Shown piece by piece: positions 1-10,540 of a stretch of DNA of 39,946 nucleotides. The position numbers were made by a program, and so were the translations under genes. How positions within the stretch are numbered: the first letter of the stretch is position 1; every line of letters starts with the position of its first letter. The DNA is from a virus (lineage: Duplodnaviria; Caudoviricetes), in the IMG/VR virus record IMGVR_UViG_3300032216_001993, positions 1 through 39,946 of that record; one strand, given 5' to 3'. The notes under the pieces were generated by a model. That model made no database searches and was not told the origin of the DNA. It saw only the letters and a program-made list of their open reading frames with translations.

Positions 1-1914
1 AAAAAAATAGTTAGAGCTTTAATTTCTGAATGTGACTATTTTGAAACAATTAAGGAAGAAACTCCTATGGTTTATGACAACTTAAAAGACAAGTTGAAGT
101 TTTTCCAACCAGCATTTCACTCTACGACACCTGAAGGTTTGAATAGTAGATTAACGTTCTTGCAACAATGTACAAGACCTGGTGATACTATTCCTATTAT
201 TAAATCTGTAGGTGGTAAAGATGTATTGGAGTATAATAATGCTACTAACACCGCATTTGGCGCGCCTCCTGTATTAATATTAAGAATTGGTGATTTTTAT
301 AATACAAAAATTATACCGACAAGTTTAGGTATTACATATGAAAATTTAGATTTGAATCCTGAAGGTATTGGTGTACAACCTATGATTGCAAATGTTACGT
401 TGGGATTCCATTTTGTTGGTGGAAGTGGATTGAAAGAGTCTGTAGATAAATTACAAAATGCGTTAACGTTTAATTATTACGGTAACACTGAAATGTGGGA
501 TGAGAGAGCTGATGTTACAGACCAAAGTTACAAAGTGATTGATAAAGAATTTTTACAATCTCTTGGTAATCCTGCACCTCCAACAATTAACCAAGCGGAT
601 GTAAATAGTAGTTTGTCAAACAACACAACTATTGGAAATATTAGTGGTGATAGAGTGACAGCTAGTGGTGAAACAGGAACAATTTCCTACACCACGTTTA
701 TGGACAAGTTTTTAAGTGAAACACAAAATTACTTTACAAATATTGTCAATAAAAATAGAGAGGTAACAAAACAATATAATAACGGAGTACGTCAATTATG
801 GACAGTACAAAGAAATTATCAAACTGGAAAATTCTTATCTAGTGGTGGAACTGCAACACTGTTTGGAAAACCTATAAACATAGAACAAAACTTAAATAAA
901 GTTTTTGAAGATTTTGCAAATGATATTAACTCAAATCAAGATAAGTTTATGGGTTATATATCTCAAGCAAGTTTAAATTTGTCGCTAAAAACAATTAGAA
1001 CTATAAGAGAAAATTATTTAAATTTTGTGAAGAATAAGAGAGGAACATTTCCAAATGCGATTACTCAAATAATTCAAAGTACTGTTACATCTCAACAAAA
1101 TTACCTTCAGTATATCAGTAGAGCTAATACAATTTCTTACGATGCAGTTCCTCCATCTAAAGGCACTGATGGTTTACAACAACCAAATGGAAATACAATT
1201 GTATATGATATCACAGGAATTGACCATAATGGAATTAATTCTTTACAAGAAATGAATGATGACATAAGTAAAATTCAAGTAGGATTACAAACATTTGACG
1301 ACAGATGTAACATTGAAAGTAAATTTACATATGGAAATAAGACTTATACAGGACATTTACTTTATGGAGATACAGGAGAAAAAACTAATTACACATCACT
1401 GATGTCTGAGGTTTTCTTCCCATTTAGTACTGATATTATCAATAGTATAAGTTTTGACGATAAGACATTTAGAAGAGAATATATGATTTTGTCTGATGAC
1501 ATTGTAGACACAAAAAAATACGAATCATTCAAAAACGCAATTATAGGTAACATCATTAATGATAAAAACAACATTGATAATAGTAGAGTTGGTGAAGGAC
1601 TTTCAGTTTTATTTGACAATTATTGGGTAAAAATTGCAAGACAATTATTTATTAATGAAAACAATATTACGGTTGCGTTTTTAGATAGTATGGAAAGAGA
1701 CACTGACAAGTTAAAACCTTTCATGAAATTTACTCCTTTTACTTCTAAAAATAGAGAATTATCTTATACAGTAGGAACTAGTGCTAATAAAAATTATCAA
1801 GCACAGGTGATACAATCACTTGGTGCAACTACAAATATTAACACATCAACAAATACTTGGAATGACTCTTTAGGAGGAAGTACTGCATATATAAGTAAAG
1901 TTAAATTGAACTAA
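1..1914 (+). CDS. 5'-truncated virion structural protein, putative tail-tube initiator/baseplate (gp48/gp54- or CIS-tube-like) domain
   Basis: Frame 1 is open from base 1 (KKIVRALISECDYF...), so the ATG at 67 is probably internal. The segment PPVLILRIGDFYNTKII...LGITYE...QPMIANVTLGFHFVGG resembles tube-fold baseplate proteins. It is coupled (TAATG) to a LysM/gp53-like gene. Confidence 0.5.
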   Translation, partial: KKIVRALISECDYFETIKEETPMVYDNLKDKLKFFQPAFHSTTPEGLNSRLTFLQQCTRPGDTIPIIKSVGGKDVLEYNNATNTAFGAPPVLILRIGDFYNTKIIPTSLGITYENLDLNPEGIGVQPMIANVTLGFHFVGGSGLKESVDKLQNALTFNYYGNTEMWDERADVTDQSYKVIDKEFLQSLGNPAPPTINQADVNSSLSNNTTIGNISGDRVTASGETGTISYTTFMDKFLSETQNYFTNIVNKNREVTKQYNNGVRQLWTVQRNYQTGKFLSSGGTATLFGKPINIEQNLNKVFEDFANDINSNQDKFMGYISQASLNLSLKTIRTIRENYLNFVKNKRGTFPNAITQIIQSTVTSQQNYLQYISRANTISYDAVPPSKGTDGLQQPNGNTIVYDITGIDHNGINSLQEMNDDISKIQVGLQTFDDRCNIESKFTYGNKTYTGHLLYGDTGEKTNYTSLMSEVFFPFSTDIINSISFDDKTFRREYMILSDDIVDTKKYESFKNAIIGNIINDKNNIDNSRVGEGLSVLFDNYWVKIARQLFINENNITVAFLDSMERDTDKLKPFMKFTPFTSKNRELSYTVGTSANKNYQAQVIQSLGATTNINTSTNTWNDSLGGSTAYISKVKLN

Positions 1915-2237
1915 TGGCATATCAATATTATAACAGATACAATGATTTCTTAATCAACGGTGAACAAACTGTTGTACCATTTGTGCAGTTGCCTCAAAAA
2001 ACAACTGATAAATCTTACATCTATAAAGTTGCAAGGAGTAGATTGGATGTTGTATCTCAAGAATATTATAACTCACCATATTTTGGATGGTTAATTTTGC
2101 AAGCAAACCCTCAATTTGGAGGACTAGAAAATAACATATATGATGGTGCAGTATTGATTATTCCATATCCATTACTACCATCATTACAGGATTATAAAGC
2201 GGCTTTAGCAAATTATTTTTATTATTATGGCAGGTAG
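1914..2237 (+). CDS. LysM-like baseplate protein (T4 gp53 / P2 gpX-like)
   Basis: 107 aa. YIYKVARSRLDVVSQEYYNSPYFGWLILQANP...GAVLIIP matches the RLDxIAxxYYGxxxxWWxIxxAN...GxxLxIP pattern. It lies between tube-like and hub genes. Confidence 0.75.
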   Translation: MAYQYYNRYNDFLINGEQTVVPFVQLPQKTTDKSYIYKVARSRLDVVSQEYYNSPYFGWLILQANPQFGGLENNIYDGAVLIIPYPLLPSLQDYKAALANYFYYYGR

Positions 2238-5200
2238 TGTTGTACAGGGTGACAAGAGTGGGAACATTTTAGTAGAGTTTGATTACAATAATATTATTGT
2301 GGTTGACCCTAACAAGACTATTGATGCCTTTGGTAATATCAAGGAAAGATTGGTTGACCATGAAAACTTGGTTATGTATGCAAACCTTGAAGCTGAAGTT
2401 CTTCCAAGAACAAAACTTGCGGTTGGTATCACACCATCAAACGACAACACAAGAACCATATCAGTTGCCAACATGAACTTCTTAAGACCTACTGAAGGCA
2501 CTGCACTGACTACAGGATATTACGATGAATTGACAGGAAAAAATGCCAAAAACATGTTGGGGCAAAATCAAATCAAAGATGAATTGATTGAACCAAAAGG
2601 AGACACCCCATACCAAAAAACTTATATTGCATCACCTGGTGAAAAAGCGACAGACAACGGTTTGTTAGGGATTACATCTATCCAAGTTAGAACAAATACG
2701 TCATTTACACCAAGTGTAAGTATGGTTTTGGAAGATGTTCAAGGTAGAGCTTTATTTCAGTTAGGAGATAATTCACCATATGCTGCGTTTTTCAATTTGC
2801 CTTATCCACCATTTTATTTAACTTTAAAAGGTTACTATGGACAAGCAATCAGATATCAACTAAACCTACAAAGTTTCAGTGCAAGTTTCAATTCATATAG
2901 CGGTAACTACATTGTTAAATTAGAATTTGTTGGTTTTAAATTTAACATCTTGAATGAAATATCTGTTGGTAGTTTATTAGCCGCTCCTCACATGTATTCA
3001 AATACATTTAATGTTGCTAAATCACCGACATCGCCTGAACCCGCAGACAAAAATACAAGAGCATCGGCATCTCAAACAAACGCAATTTCAAAAGAATCAA
3101 CTATTAGTCCTGACAACATTGTAACTCAATTGACAACTGAAAAAGGATATCAAAAAATAGTTGAGGTGTATAGTGAGTATAAAGCGAAAGGACTACTACC
3201 TGAAAACTTTCCTGAGATTACACTTGCTCAATTAATTAATAAGTTGGAGATGTTTGAACAAAACATTTTGGCTTCATACAACAAAGTAAACGTTGAATCA
3301 TTAACTAATATAAGAACATATAAAGATGTTCTTACCGCTTATTTTGGTAAAGTTAGAGGTGACGAAACTTCATGGTTCAATCAATATTTGAATCCAAAAC
3401 CATTAGTTACAATTAAAGGTGACTATGTTTATACGTTCAAAGAAAGTTATAATAATGCTAAAGACCAGTGGGAAGCTATTGAACAGTTAAAAAAATACAT
3501 AACAGAGTTTAACAACTTGTTGGCAACAAACAAAACATTAGGGGATAAAGGTGATATGCCAATAAAAAACCCAATCAAATATGCCATGTTTGAAGAGCCT
3601 TTTGTTGTTAGTAACATAAATTGGTCAAAAACATTAATAGAAAGAACAGGAGTGAAAACACCTACAGACATTGAAATTTTTGCCTTGATTGCTAGTGTAC
3701 AAAAATCACTTAAACCTTATGGACAAATAGGTCGAAATACAAATGGTTTACTAATCAATACTAATGTTGATACATTAATGCCGCCAGTGTTTATTTTTGA
3801 TGGTACTAACAGATTTGTTAATACAATAAATCAAATGAATACTGAAGCAAACCAAAAACTATCAGCTCAAGAAACAAAATTGTCTGCGGAGTTGGCGTCA
3901 AAAATTGAAGACCGAGCAACTGGGATTGGTTTCAAACCTTCAGTTAGAAATATGTGTGCAGTTATCATGGCTAACGCAGAAGGATTCATTAGACTTTTAG
4001 ATGATGTTCATACAAATGCTTGGAATGTAAAATATGACCCTGTTAGAAAAGCGGCTATTTTAAATGATTTATCTTCGGCGCCAGGTACTGATTCACAAAA
4101 TAAAGTTAATATAACTGTAACTACATCTAATCAAAACCAAGGACTATCAACGTCTCAAATACCTGTATATCCTTGGCCACAATTTTTTGTCGAAACTCCT
4201 GATGATAAAAAAGGAAGATTTCAACTAAAGTATCTTGCAGACCCTTCAGTAGTCAACTTGACCAAAGGATATCTATATGACAAGTGGCCTGAAGTTGAAT
4301 TTGTTGAGGAATACATGAAAGGGTTAACTCAAAAGTTCAATCCCCCAACAGCAGCACCAGTTCCTGATACAGAACTTAGTACAAAAATTATTAACATAAA
4401 TGCAATTGAATATCCTTCATCGGGTATTGCATATGCAAATAAAGAAGAAATAAAGTTTTTCTATGAAATATGGGAAAGACAATTTTTAACTACTCATTAT
4501 TCAGGTTTTTTAAGAGCTAATCAAAATCAACGTGGGGAGTTGATTAAGTTAAATAACGAAGTTGAAACAAATAACTTAGTTAACGGAATTGGAATAAGTT
4601 CTCCTTATATTAGTTTGAAACTAAAAAATTACAATTTGACAGCTTCCAACTATCAAAACTTCTTAGAAAATATTTCAAACAATGGTACTGGAAAATCTTA
4701 TCAAGAATACATTAGAGATTTTTTTGTAACACCATATATTAAAACTTTAACAGAAAGTTCATTTAATATTTTAAGTATATTTGATTTGGGAAAAAATCCT
4801 CAAAACTCTCCTGTTTCTTCTGGATTAAAACAATTAGTTGCGAATGCTTCAAATACACCAATACTTGTCGACACATACCCATTTACAAACTCTAATTGGG
4901 TTAGTAAAAACATGAGTTCTACAGGTACAAGTGCAAATTTTGGGGTATATAATACAAAAAAAGTGTTGAACGTATATGAACCAAGAAATGTAATATCAAA
5001 TTTCTCAAACATTAATGATACACTGATAAATAGACCAGTAACTAACTTCTCTTATCTAGTTGATATAACTCCATATCCTGATGCAAAGACATTTGGATTA
5101 AGAAGTTTTTATTCTGTAAGGAAAATAAATGATGAAAATTCTGATAAACTTTTAGTTGCCACAGAAGGGTATGTGAATTATATTTCTCCTGTCAATACTT

Positions 5201-8200
5201 TTCCAACACAGACAACAACTACAATTTTAAACACACCGTATTTTATTAATGCAATACAAAATGGTGTCTATAATTGGAGAAAAAAAGATAAATATCCATA
5301 CGTACAAGCCGCTTACTTGTTTATAAATTCTTTACCTTTAGCTAGTTTGAGGGAAAGATATAAGACGAAAGGTGTCACATCCAATTTAGATTATATTGCA
5401 TCTTGTTTTAAAAAGTTTGGAGCAATACATAAAATGCCATATGCTTGGGTTCTAAAATTAGGTTCAATTTGGTACAGATACAAAACTTACAAACAAACTA
5501 ATGTTGATATATTAGATAGTGCTTGGAAAAATTATGATTACGCAACAAATTTTGACCCTATAACAAGTGCTGAAACTAAAACTTACAATTTTGAATTTGA
5601 AGGAAAAAAATCAATCACTCTACAAAATAATAAGGAAGGAAGTATTTCTATACAAACAGGTTTCTATCCAAAAACTATAAATGACTTTAATGTATTTTAT
5701 ACAGGTTACGATTTGTATACAACATATAGTGACGACCAAATTCAAAATAGTATAAATGGAGGAATGAAAGTTTTTGATTTTGAAGGGTCAAACTTTAATT
5801 CTGTTCAAAATGGAGAAACGTTAACACTGACTACTTGGTCAGTAATTTTACCAAATACAGTTATTGAAAATAATACGGTTAATTGTAACCCTAAACAAAA
5901 TACAACAAGTTACGATTACTTTATAGTACCTTCGTTTGGTAGTAATGTTAACCAAACAAAAGAGACTTGTACTGAGAATGGTCAAACAGTAGTTAATTTA
6001 ACTTATAATCAATCAATGTACAATGGTTCGGTTAGACTATTATGGAACGTACCAAACTATGGATACTTTGATAACGACCAAGTTGTTAAACCACAACCTG
6101 ATTCATACATTAACAAAATACTAACGGACACTAATCAACAAGCTCCCTTTAGATTATTGAGTTTTGACGAGTATTCAAAGATAGATGAAATTTTTTCAGT
6201 TTTTGATAAAAGTATTCTTGACCAATTTGAACAAGAATTTTTAAATTTTTCTAAACCTATTGAAGATATTGATTTGGGACCTCAAGTAAATGTTCCATTG
6301 GATACGTCACCTGTAGACCCTAATGCAATATTTAAAAACTTTCAGTACTTGTTTAGAAAGTTAATGACAGTCAATGCCGAGACAATAAAACAAACAACCC
6401 CAAATTATTTTTTAAATTTGGGTGAAACACAACTGAGGGTTTTTGAATCTAACATCAGTGCTTTTTTACAGTATGATGTAATATTGAAATACGGTAATCC
6501 TGCCAATTATAAAAGAAGAACTTTTGATTCTTATATATCTTATAAGTCTACAACACCAACAGTTGTTGACCCTATAAACTTTGACCCATACGTAAAAAAT
6601 TCTTTACCCTCAAGTAAAGGAGGGGTAACATTAGCTCAGTCCAAAGCACAATATCCTACAGAGTGGGTAACTTTGGAAACTGAAGTTGGGTTTTCAACAA
6701 TTGAAAATTTAATTTATACTGATACTGGTTCATACATAACAGATTTCTTCATTGACAACGATATAAAGTTCACTGTCAATAATATTGTTATTTGTTCACC
6801 TTTAGTAAAAATTTATGCAACTCAAAAATTGTACGACCCAACAATAACAACAGGCACATTCAAAACAAAAATTGGAGATTATTTACAAACTGCTACAGAT
6901 TTACAAAACGTTTTCTTGAATGATGTATTGACGTCTGTAAGACTTGCTTTACCTGACCAACAACAGTTACCTGAAAGAACAATCAAAAGTGTAATAGATG
7001 GTCAACAAAGCAAAGTTGAAAACTATGAAGTCTTTAAGGCGTTAAATGATAAATGGATTTCAGGTTCTGATTTTAAAAACAAAACTTTGTTTGAAGACTT
7101 TTTATTCTTAGATAGAGCTTCAAGAAATATTGGAGATACAATTATTCTTGATATCTTCGAATTGAAAAGAATGCTCAGTACAAATGCACTTAACATGGAA
7201 ATGAGTGTGTTTACGTTGATAAGTGGTATGTTGATTCAAAATAAGTTCAATGTAATGCCACTACCTGCTTATGTGAATTTCTATAACATACAAGATGTAG
7301 ATGGTACAACAATATCACAAAATACTGAAGGTTCATTACAATTTGCAGACAACATGTGGGGAACATTTTTAGACGTTGATTACAGAAAATCAAGTCCTAA
7401 AATACTTTGTTTCTATACTGGTCTACCATCTGCTTATTTGGACTTACCAAAAAACAATTCCAAGTATAGAACTGATGGATTTGAAATGAGAAGAGCATCT
7501 GAAAACCCATTAATTGAAAATCAACAAAATAAAAAAGATTGGGCGGTATCTAATAGATGTGTTGGGTTTAACGTTGATATGGGTATTAGAAATCAAAATG
7601 TTTTCTATTCATTCAATGTGTCTATGGATAGTGGTAAAGCCACTTCTGAGACAATTCAAACTCAATTAAATATGATTAATCAAGAGTCTGGTAGAACAGT
7701 TGCAACTCAGAACATTAGTTTATATAATTTATACAAACGAAGAAGTTACCAATGTTCAGTATCTTGTTTAGGTAATGCGTTATTACAACCAATGATGTAT
7801 TTTAATCTGAGACATGTTCCTATGTTCAATGGGCCATACATGATTTTAGATGTTAGTCATACAATAAACGCTGGAAGTTTCCAAACAACCTTTACAGGTG
7901 TAAGACAAGGAATATATGATTTACCTGCAATTGACAATTATTTACAGAGTATAAATCAAAATTTATTAACTAAGGTTGAAGCACTTCTTAAAATTAAAAA
8001 AGATGATGTCACCGCTAAAGCAATTACAGAAATTGGTAAAGCCGCTCAAATAACTCAATCAGGTAATAATACTAAAGCAGCGCCAAACGCATGTGTAAAT
8101 AACTTAGTTGCACCTTATTTATCATGGGCAAAAGTTGAAACTACAACATCAACTTCATTAACACCAAAAGATTTTGCTGATGTGTTAAAGATTAAGTTAC

Positions 8201-9486
8201 CTAACGAACCTACGTTACAAATATTGATATTTATGATATCATACGTTAGAACATTCCAAGGTGGCAAGTTTGAGGGATACAATCATAATTATGGTACCGT
8301 TGAATTAACTCACGACTATGGAGATACGGCACCTGCTTATTTTATACCAGGACAATGTTCTTGTGCTAACATTCCAAATTCAACACTATCAACTAAAACC
8401 GCACAACCAATTGCCAATTTTACATCGGTAGATAAGTATGTTGATTTTATGGCCTCAAGATTAAGACCGAATGTTGACCGTATAACTGATGGTGCAAATG
8501 GTATTGGTATTACAAAATATTATGTTTGTTATTGGCCAAAAAAAAATGTTGAAGAATCTTACTATGATAGTCATTTATCAGAATTCACTAAATTGGATGC
8601 GACGTTCAAAGACGCTTTTAAGTTAGCGGGTGGTAATGCAGGACTGAATGTAGAGGCAACAAATGTTGTTAAAAACGCTGATAAAACAGCGACTATCAAA
8701 ACACAGTTGAAGATGATTCAAAAAGAAACTGTTAAAAATAATTTGAACGTAACAACAACAGGAACAACCGTTTGCCCACCTCCTGTAATTAAAACATTTA
8801 CACCTAACACAGGTAGAAATAATACTATATTAAGAATTAATGGAGGTTTCTTAGGTACAACATATCAAGTAATTTTTGATACTGTTACAGTGCCTTCAAA
8901 ATATATTGAAATAATTAATGACTTCAACATCAACGTTATTGTACCTGAAGTCAATACAAAAGAAGTTAAAAATATTAAAATTAAAGTTTATACAAAAAAT
9001 GGAGATGTAACAAGTACTTCTGATTTTATTTATAATCCACAACAAACTTTACCAACACTTTCAACAGACGTTAATACTAATCCGTCACCTGTTACATTAA
9101 CATCAACAATAACAAACACGGGTAATTTAAAAGTAGTGGTAGCTAATAATGTTGGAGATTGGGCGATTTATTCATATCCTGAATACACTTATAAAATAAC
9201 CAAGGATTCTGTCGGTCCTAACAACACAGTAGTGGTAAAAACTTTAACTGGAAATACAACTACAAAAATTAATAGTGCGAGTTATGTTTCAAACAATCAG
9301 TTCATTATAGGTCAAAATCAATTTTTGTTAAACGTTTTGAATTTACCTGTTGCAACTATTAATAGTACTGAATACAAAAATGCTGATGTAAATATTACTT
9401 TCTCTGTCAAGGCGGTGCCTGTCGATAGAAGTAAATATCCACAAGATGTGGTATTACCATTCAAAATGAGATTCAGAATAGTATAA
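2227..9486 (+). CDS. Giant baseplate hub protein (gp27/gpD/VgrG-like) with large insertions, a lysozyme-like region and a C-terminal IPT/TIG domain
   Basis: 2419 aa. N-terminal GITSIQVRTNTSFTPSVSMVLEDVQG. Hub C-terminal signature YQCSVSCLGNALLQPMMYFNL...NGPYMILDVSHTINAGSFQTTFTGVR (~7747-7908). IPT-like PPVIKTFTPNTG...ILRINGGFL...VIF...INVIVP (~8780-9033). It follows the LysM gene as in contractile tails. Confidence 0.65.
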   Translation: MAGSVVQGDKSGNILVEFDYNNIIVVDPNKTIDAFGNIKERLVDHENLVMYANLEAEVLPRTKLAVGITPSNDNTRTISVANMNFLRPTEGTALTTGYYDELTGKNAKNMLGQNQIKDELIEPKGDTPYQKTYIASPGEKATDNGLLGITSIQVRTNTSFTPSVSMVLEDVQGRALFQLGDNSPYAAFFNLPYPPFYLTLKGYYGQAIRYQLNLQSFSASFNSYSGNYIVKLEFVGFKFNILNEISVGSLLAAPHMYSNTFNVAKSPTSPEPADKNTRASASQTNAISKESTISPDNIVTQLTTEKGYQKIVEVYSEYKAKGLLPENFPEITLAQLINKLEMFEQNILASYNKVNVESLTNIRTYKDVLTAYFGKVRGDETSWFNQYLNPKPLVTIKGDYVYTFKESYNNAKDQWEAIEQLKKYITEFNNLLATNKTLGDKGDMPIKNPIKYAMFEEPFVVSNINWSKTLIERTGVKTPTDIEIFALIASVQKSLKPYGQIGRNTNGLLINTNVDTLMPPVFIFDGTNRFVNTINQMNTEANQKLSAQETKLSAELASKIEDRATGIGFKPSVRNMCAVIMANAEGFIRLLDDVHTNAWNVKYDPVRKAAILNDLSSAPGTDSQNKVNITVTTSNQNQGLSTSQIPVYPWPQFFVETPDDKKGRFQLKYLADPSVVNLTKGYLYDKWPEVEFVEEYMKGLTQKFNPPTAAPVPDTELSTKIININAIEYPSSGIAYANKEEIKFFYEIWERQFLTTHYSGFLRANQNQRGELIKLNNEVETNNLVNGIGISSPYISLKLKNYNLTASNYQNFLENISNNGTGKSYQEYIRDFFVTPYIKTLTESSFNILSIFDLGKNPQNSPVSSGLKQLVANASNTPILVDTYPFTNSNWVSKNMSSTGTSANFGVYNTKKVLNVYEPRNVISNFSNINDTLINRPVTNFSYLVDITPYPDAKTFGLRSFYSVRKINDENSDKLLVATEGYVNYISPVNTFPTQTTTTILNTPYFINAIQNGVYNWRKKDKYPYVQAAYLFINSLPLASLRERYKTKGVTSNLDYIASCFKKFGAIHKMPYAWVLKLGSIWYRYKTYKQTNVDILDSAWKNYDYATNFDPITSAETKTYNFEFEGKKSITLQNNKEGSISIQTGFYPKTINDFNVFYTGYDLYTTYSDDQIQNSINGGMKVFDFEGSNFNSVQNGETLTLTTWSVILPNTVIENNTVNCNPKQNTTSYDYFIVPSFGSNVNQTKETCTENGQTVVNLTYNQSMYNGSVRLLWNVPNYGYFDNDQVVKPQPDSYINKILTDTNQQAPFRLLSFDEYSKIDEIFSVFDKSILDQFEQEFLNFSKPIEDIDLGPQVNVPLDTSPVDPNAIFKNFQYLFRKLMTVNAETIKQTTPNYFLNLGETQLRVFESNISAFLQYDVILKYGNPANYKRRTFDSYISYKSTTPTVVDPINFDPYVKNSLPSSKGGVTLAQSKAQYPTEWVTLETEVGFSTIENLIYTDTGSYITDFFIDNDIKFTVNNIVICSPLVKIYATQKLYDPTITTGTFKTKIGDYLQTATDLQNVFLNDVLTSVRLALPDQQQLPERTIKSVIDGQQSKVENYEVFKALNDKWISGSDFKNKTLFEDFLFLDRASRNIGDTIILDIFELKRMLSTNALNMEMSVFTLISGMLIQNKFNVMPLPAYVNFYNIQDVDGTTISQNTEGSLQFADNMWGTFLDVDYRKSSPKILCFYTGLPSAYLDLPKNNSKYRTDGFEMRRASENPLIENQQNKKDWAVSNRCVGFNVDMGIRNQNVFYSFNVSMDSGKATSETIQTQLNMINQESGRTVATQNISLYNLYKRRSYQCSVSCLGNALLQPMMYFNLRHVPMFNGPYMILDVSHTINAGSFQTTFTGVRQGIYDLPAIDNYLQSINQNLLTKVEALLKIKKDDVTAKAITEIGKAAQITQSGNNTKAAPNACVNNLVAPYLSWAKVETTTSTSLTPKDFADVLKIKLPNEPTLQILIFMISYVRTFQGGKFEGYNHNYGTVELTHDYGDTAPAYFIPGQCSCANIPNSTLSTKTAQPIANFTSVDKYVDFMASRLRPNVDRITDGANGIGITKYYVCYWPKKNVEESYYDSHLSEFTKLDATFKDAFKLAGGNAGLNVEATNVVKNADKTATIKTQLKMIQKETVKNNLNVTTTGTTVCPPPVIKTFTPNTGRNNTILRINGGFLGTTYQVIFDTVTVPSKYIEIINDFNINVIVPEVNTKEVKNIKIKVYTKNGDVTSTSDFIYNPQQTLPTLSTDVNTNPSPVTLTSTITNTGNLKVVVANNVGDWAIYSYPEYTYKITKDSVGPNNTVVVKTLTGNTTTKINSASYVSNNQFIIGQNQFLLNVLNLPVATINSTEYKNADVNITFSVKAVPVDRSKYPQDVVLPFKMRFRIV

Positions 9487-9504
9487 TTTAATACAATAAC
9501 CATA

Positions 9505-9512
9505 TATTTATA
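9505..9512 (+). promoter_or_regulatory. Candidate phage late-promoter motif TATTTATA
   Basis: The TATTTAT core recurs in most intergenic gaps upstream of structural genes. This copy is 13 nt before the ATG at 9526. Confidence 0.4.
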
Positions 9513-9525
9513 TAAAAAGAATTTT

Positions 9526-9750
9526 ATGAACTTAAAATCAGCATTAGACAATTATCTTGGAAAATCAGTAAGATATTCTCAAGAAGACAATGGAGACGGA
9601 ACTAAACAAGTTTGCGACTTAGATACAGGAGACTGCTACACTGTTAGAGAAAGAGATGGATTAATTGAAAGAGCGGGTCATCAAACTACAGCTAATAGAA
9701 AAGTAAGAGTTGAAACATCAAGAGGTGTAAAACAATTATTAAACGGATAA
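9526..9750 (+). CDS. Hypothetical small protein (C-x6-C motif)
   Basis: 74-aa ORF filling the gap on the coding strand, with an AT-rich leader. Contains CDLDTGDC. Confidence 0.7.
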   Translation: MNLKSALDNYLGKSVRYSQEDNGDGTKQVCDLDTGDCYTVRERDGLIERAGHQTTANRKVRVETSRGVKQLLNG

Positions 9751-9754
9751 TAAA

Positions 9755-10426
9755 ATGAAAGTAGACAGAAAAAAAATATTAAGTGAAATTGAAAGATACA
9801 AGAGTATCAATCAATATATTATGGAACAAGATGCGGCTACTGCTGAACCTGATTTAGGAGCATTGGCACCAACACCTGGAGCGGAAGCTCCACTTCCACC
9901 CGCGCCAGCAGAACCTGCGGCTCCTGAAGCACCTGTTGCTGATGTACCTGCAGAACCTATTGATGTAGAAAATGACCCTGACGTTGAAAAAATTGATGAT
10001 GAGGGAAAATCCGAAGAAGGTGGTGACGAGTCAGGTAGTGAAGAACTTGATATCACAGAATTAGTAGATTCTCAAAAAAATATTGAAAAGAAACAAGATG
10101 ATTATTTTGAAAACTTGTTTGGTCAATTAGGTAACTTAGAATCTAAATTATCTGAAATGGATTCAATTATGAATAAGTTGAATTCTTTGGAAAGTAAGAT
10201 TGAGAAATACAGAGAGAAAACTCCTGAAGAAAAATTAGAATTAAGAACATACGATTCATATCCATTCAACCAAAAGTTATCACAATTCTTTGACGATAAA
10301 AAAGATGAGATGGAAATGACGGGAAAAAATGATTATGTTTTAACACCCGATGAGGTTACTGACATTAATGTGAATGATATTAAAACATCATTCCAAAATC
10401 CTGGATTTGATAAAGAAGGATTTTAG
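9755..10426 (+). CDS. Hypothetical acidic protein with Pro/Ala-rich linker and coiled coil (scaffold/internal-virion-like)
   Basis: 223 aa. N-terminal amphipathic helix, then PAPAEPAAPEAP and acidic tracts, then heptad-like LGNLESKLSEMDSIMNKLNSLESKIEK. Followed by a terminator. Confidence 0.7.
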   Translation: MKVDRKKILSEIERYKSINQYIMEQDAATAEPDLGALAPTPGAEAPLPPAPAEPAAPEAPVADVPAEPIDVENDPDVEKIDDEGKSEEGGDESGSEELDITELVDSQKNIEKKQDDYFENLFGQLGNLESKLSEMDSIMNKLNSLESKIEKYREKTPEEKLELRTYDSYPFNQKLSQFFDDKKDEMEMTGKNDYVLTPDEVTDINVNDIKTSFQNPGFDKEGF

Positions 10427-10447
10427 TTTTCAGAAACATTAATGATT

Positions 10448-10474
10448 AAGACCACCCATTCGGTGGTCTTTTTT
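10448..10474 (+). terminator. Rho-independent terminator
   Basis: Stem AAGACCACC / GGTGGTCTT with loop CATTC, followed by TTTT. Confidence 0.85.
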
Positions 10475-10475
10475 A

Positions 10476-10506
10476 TTTGACATAACAAATAAAACACCTA
10501 TATTTG
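10476..10506 (+). promoter_or_regulatory. Bacteroidota-type housekeeping sigma promoter (-33 TTTG, -7 TAnnTTTG)
   Basis: TTTG at 10476-10479, a 19-nt spacer, then TATATTTG at 10499-10506, 34 nt upstream of the SSB start. Matches the established Bacteroides/Flavobacterium consensus. Confidence 0.7.
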
Positions 10507-10540
10507 TATTATACAAATTAAAAACTTAATATAAAAAATT

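Noticed and set aside
10477-10512. E. coli-type sigma70 promoter from TTGACA at 10477
   Set aside because: No good -10 at 16-18 nt (TATTAT is 24 nt away). The Bacteroidota consensus fits with canonical spacing.
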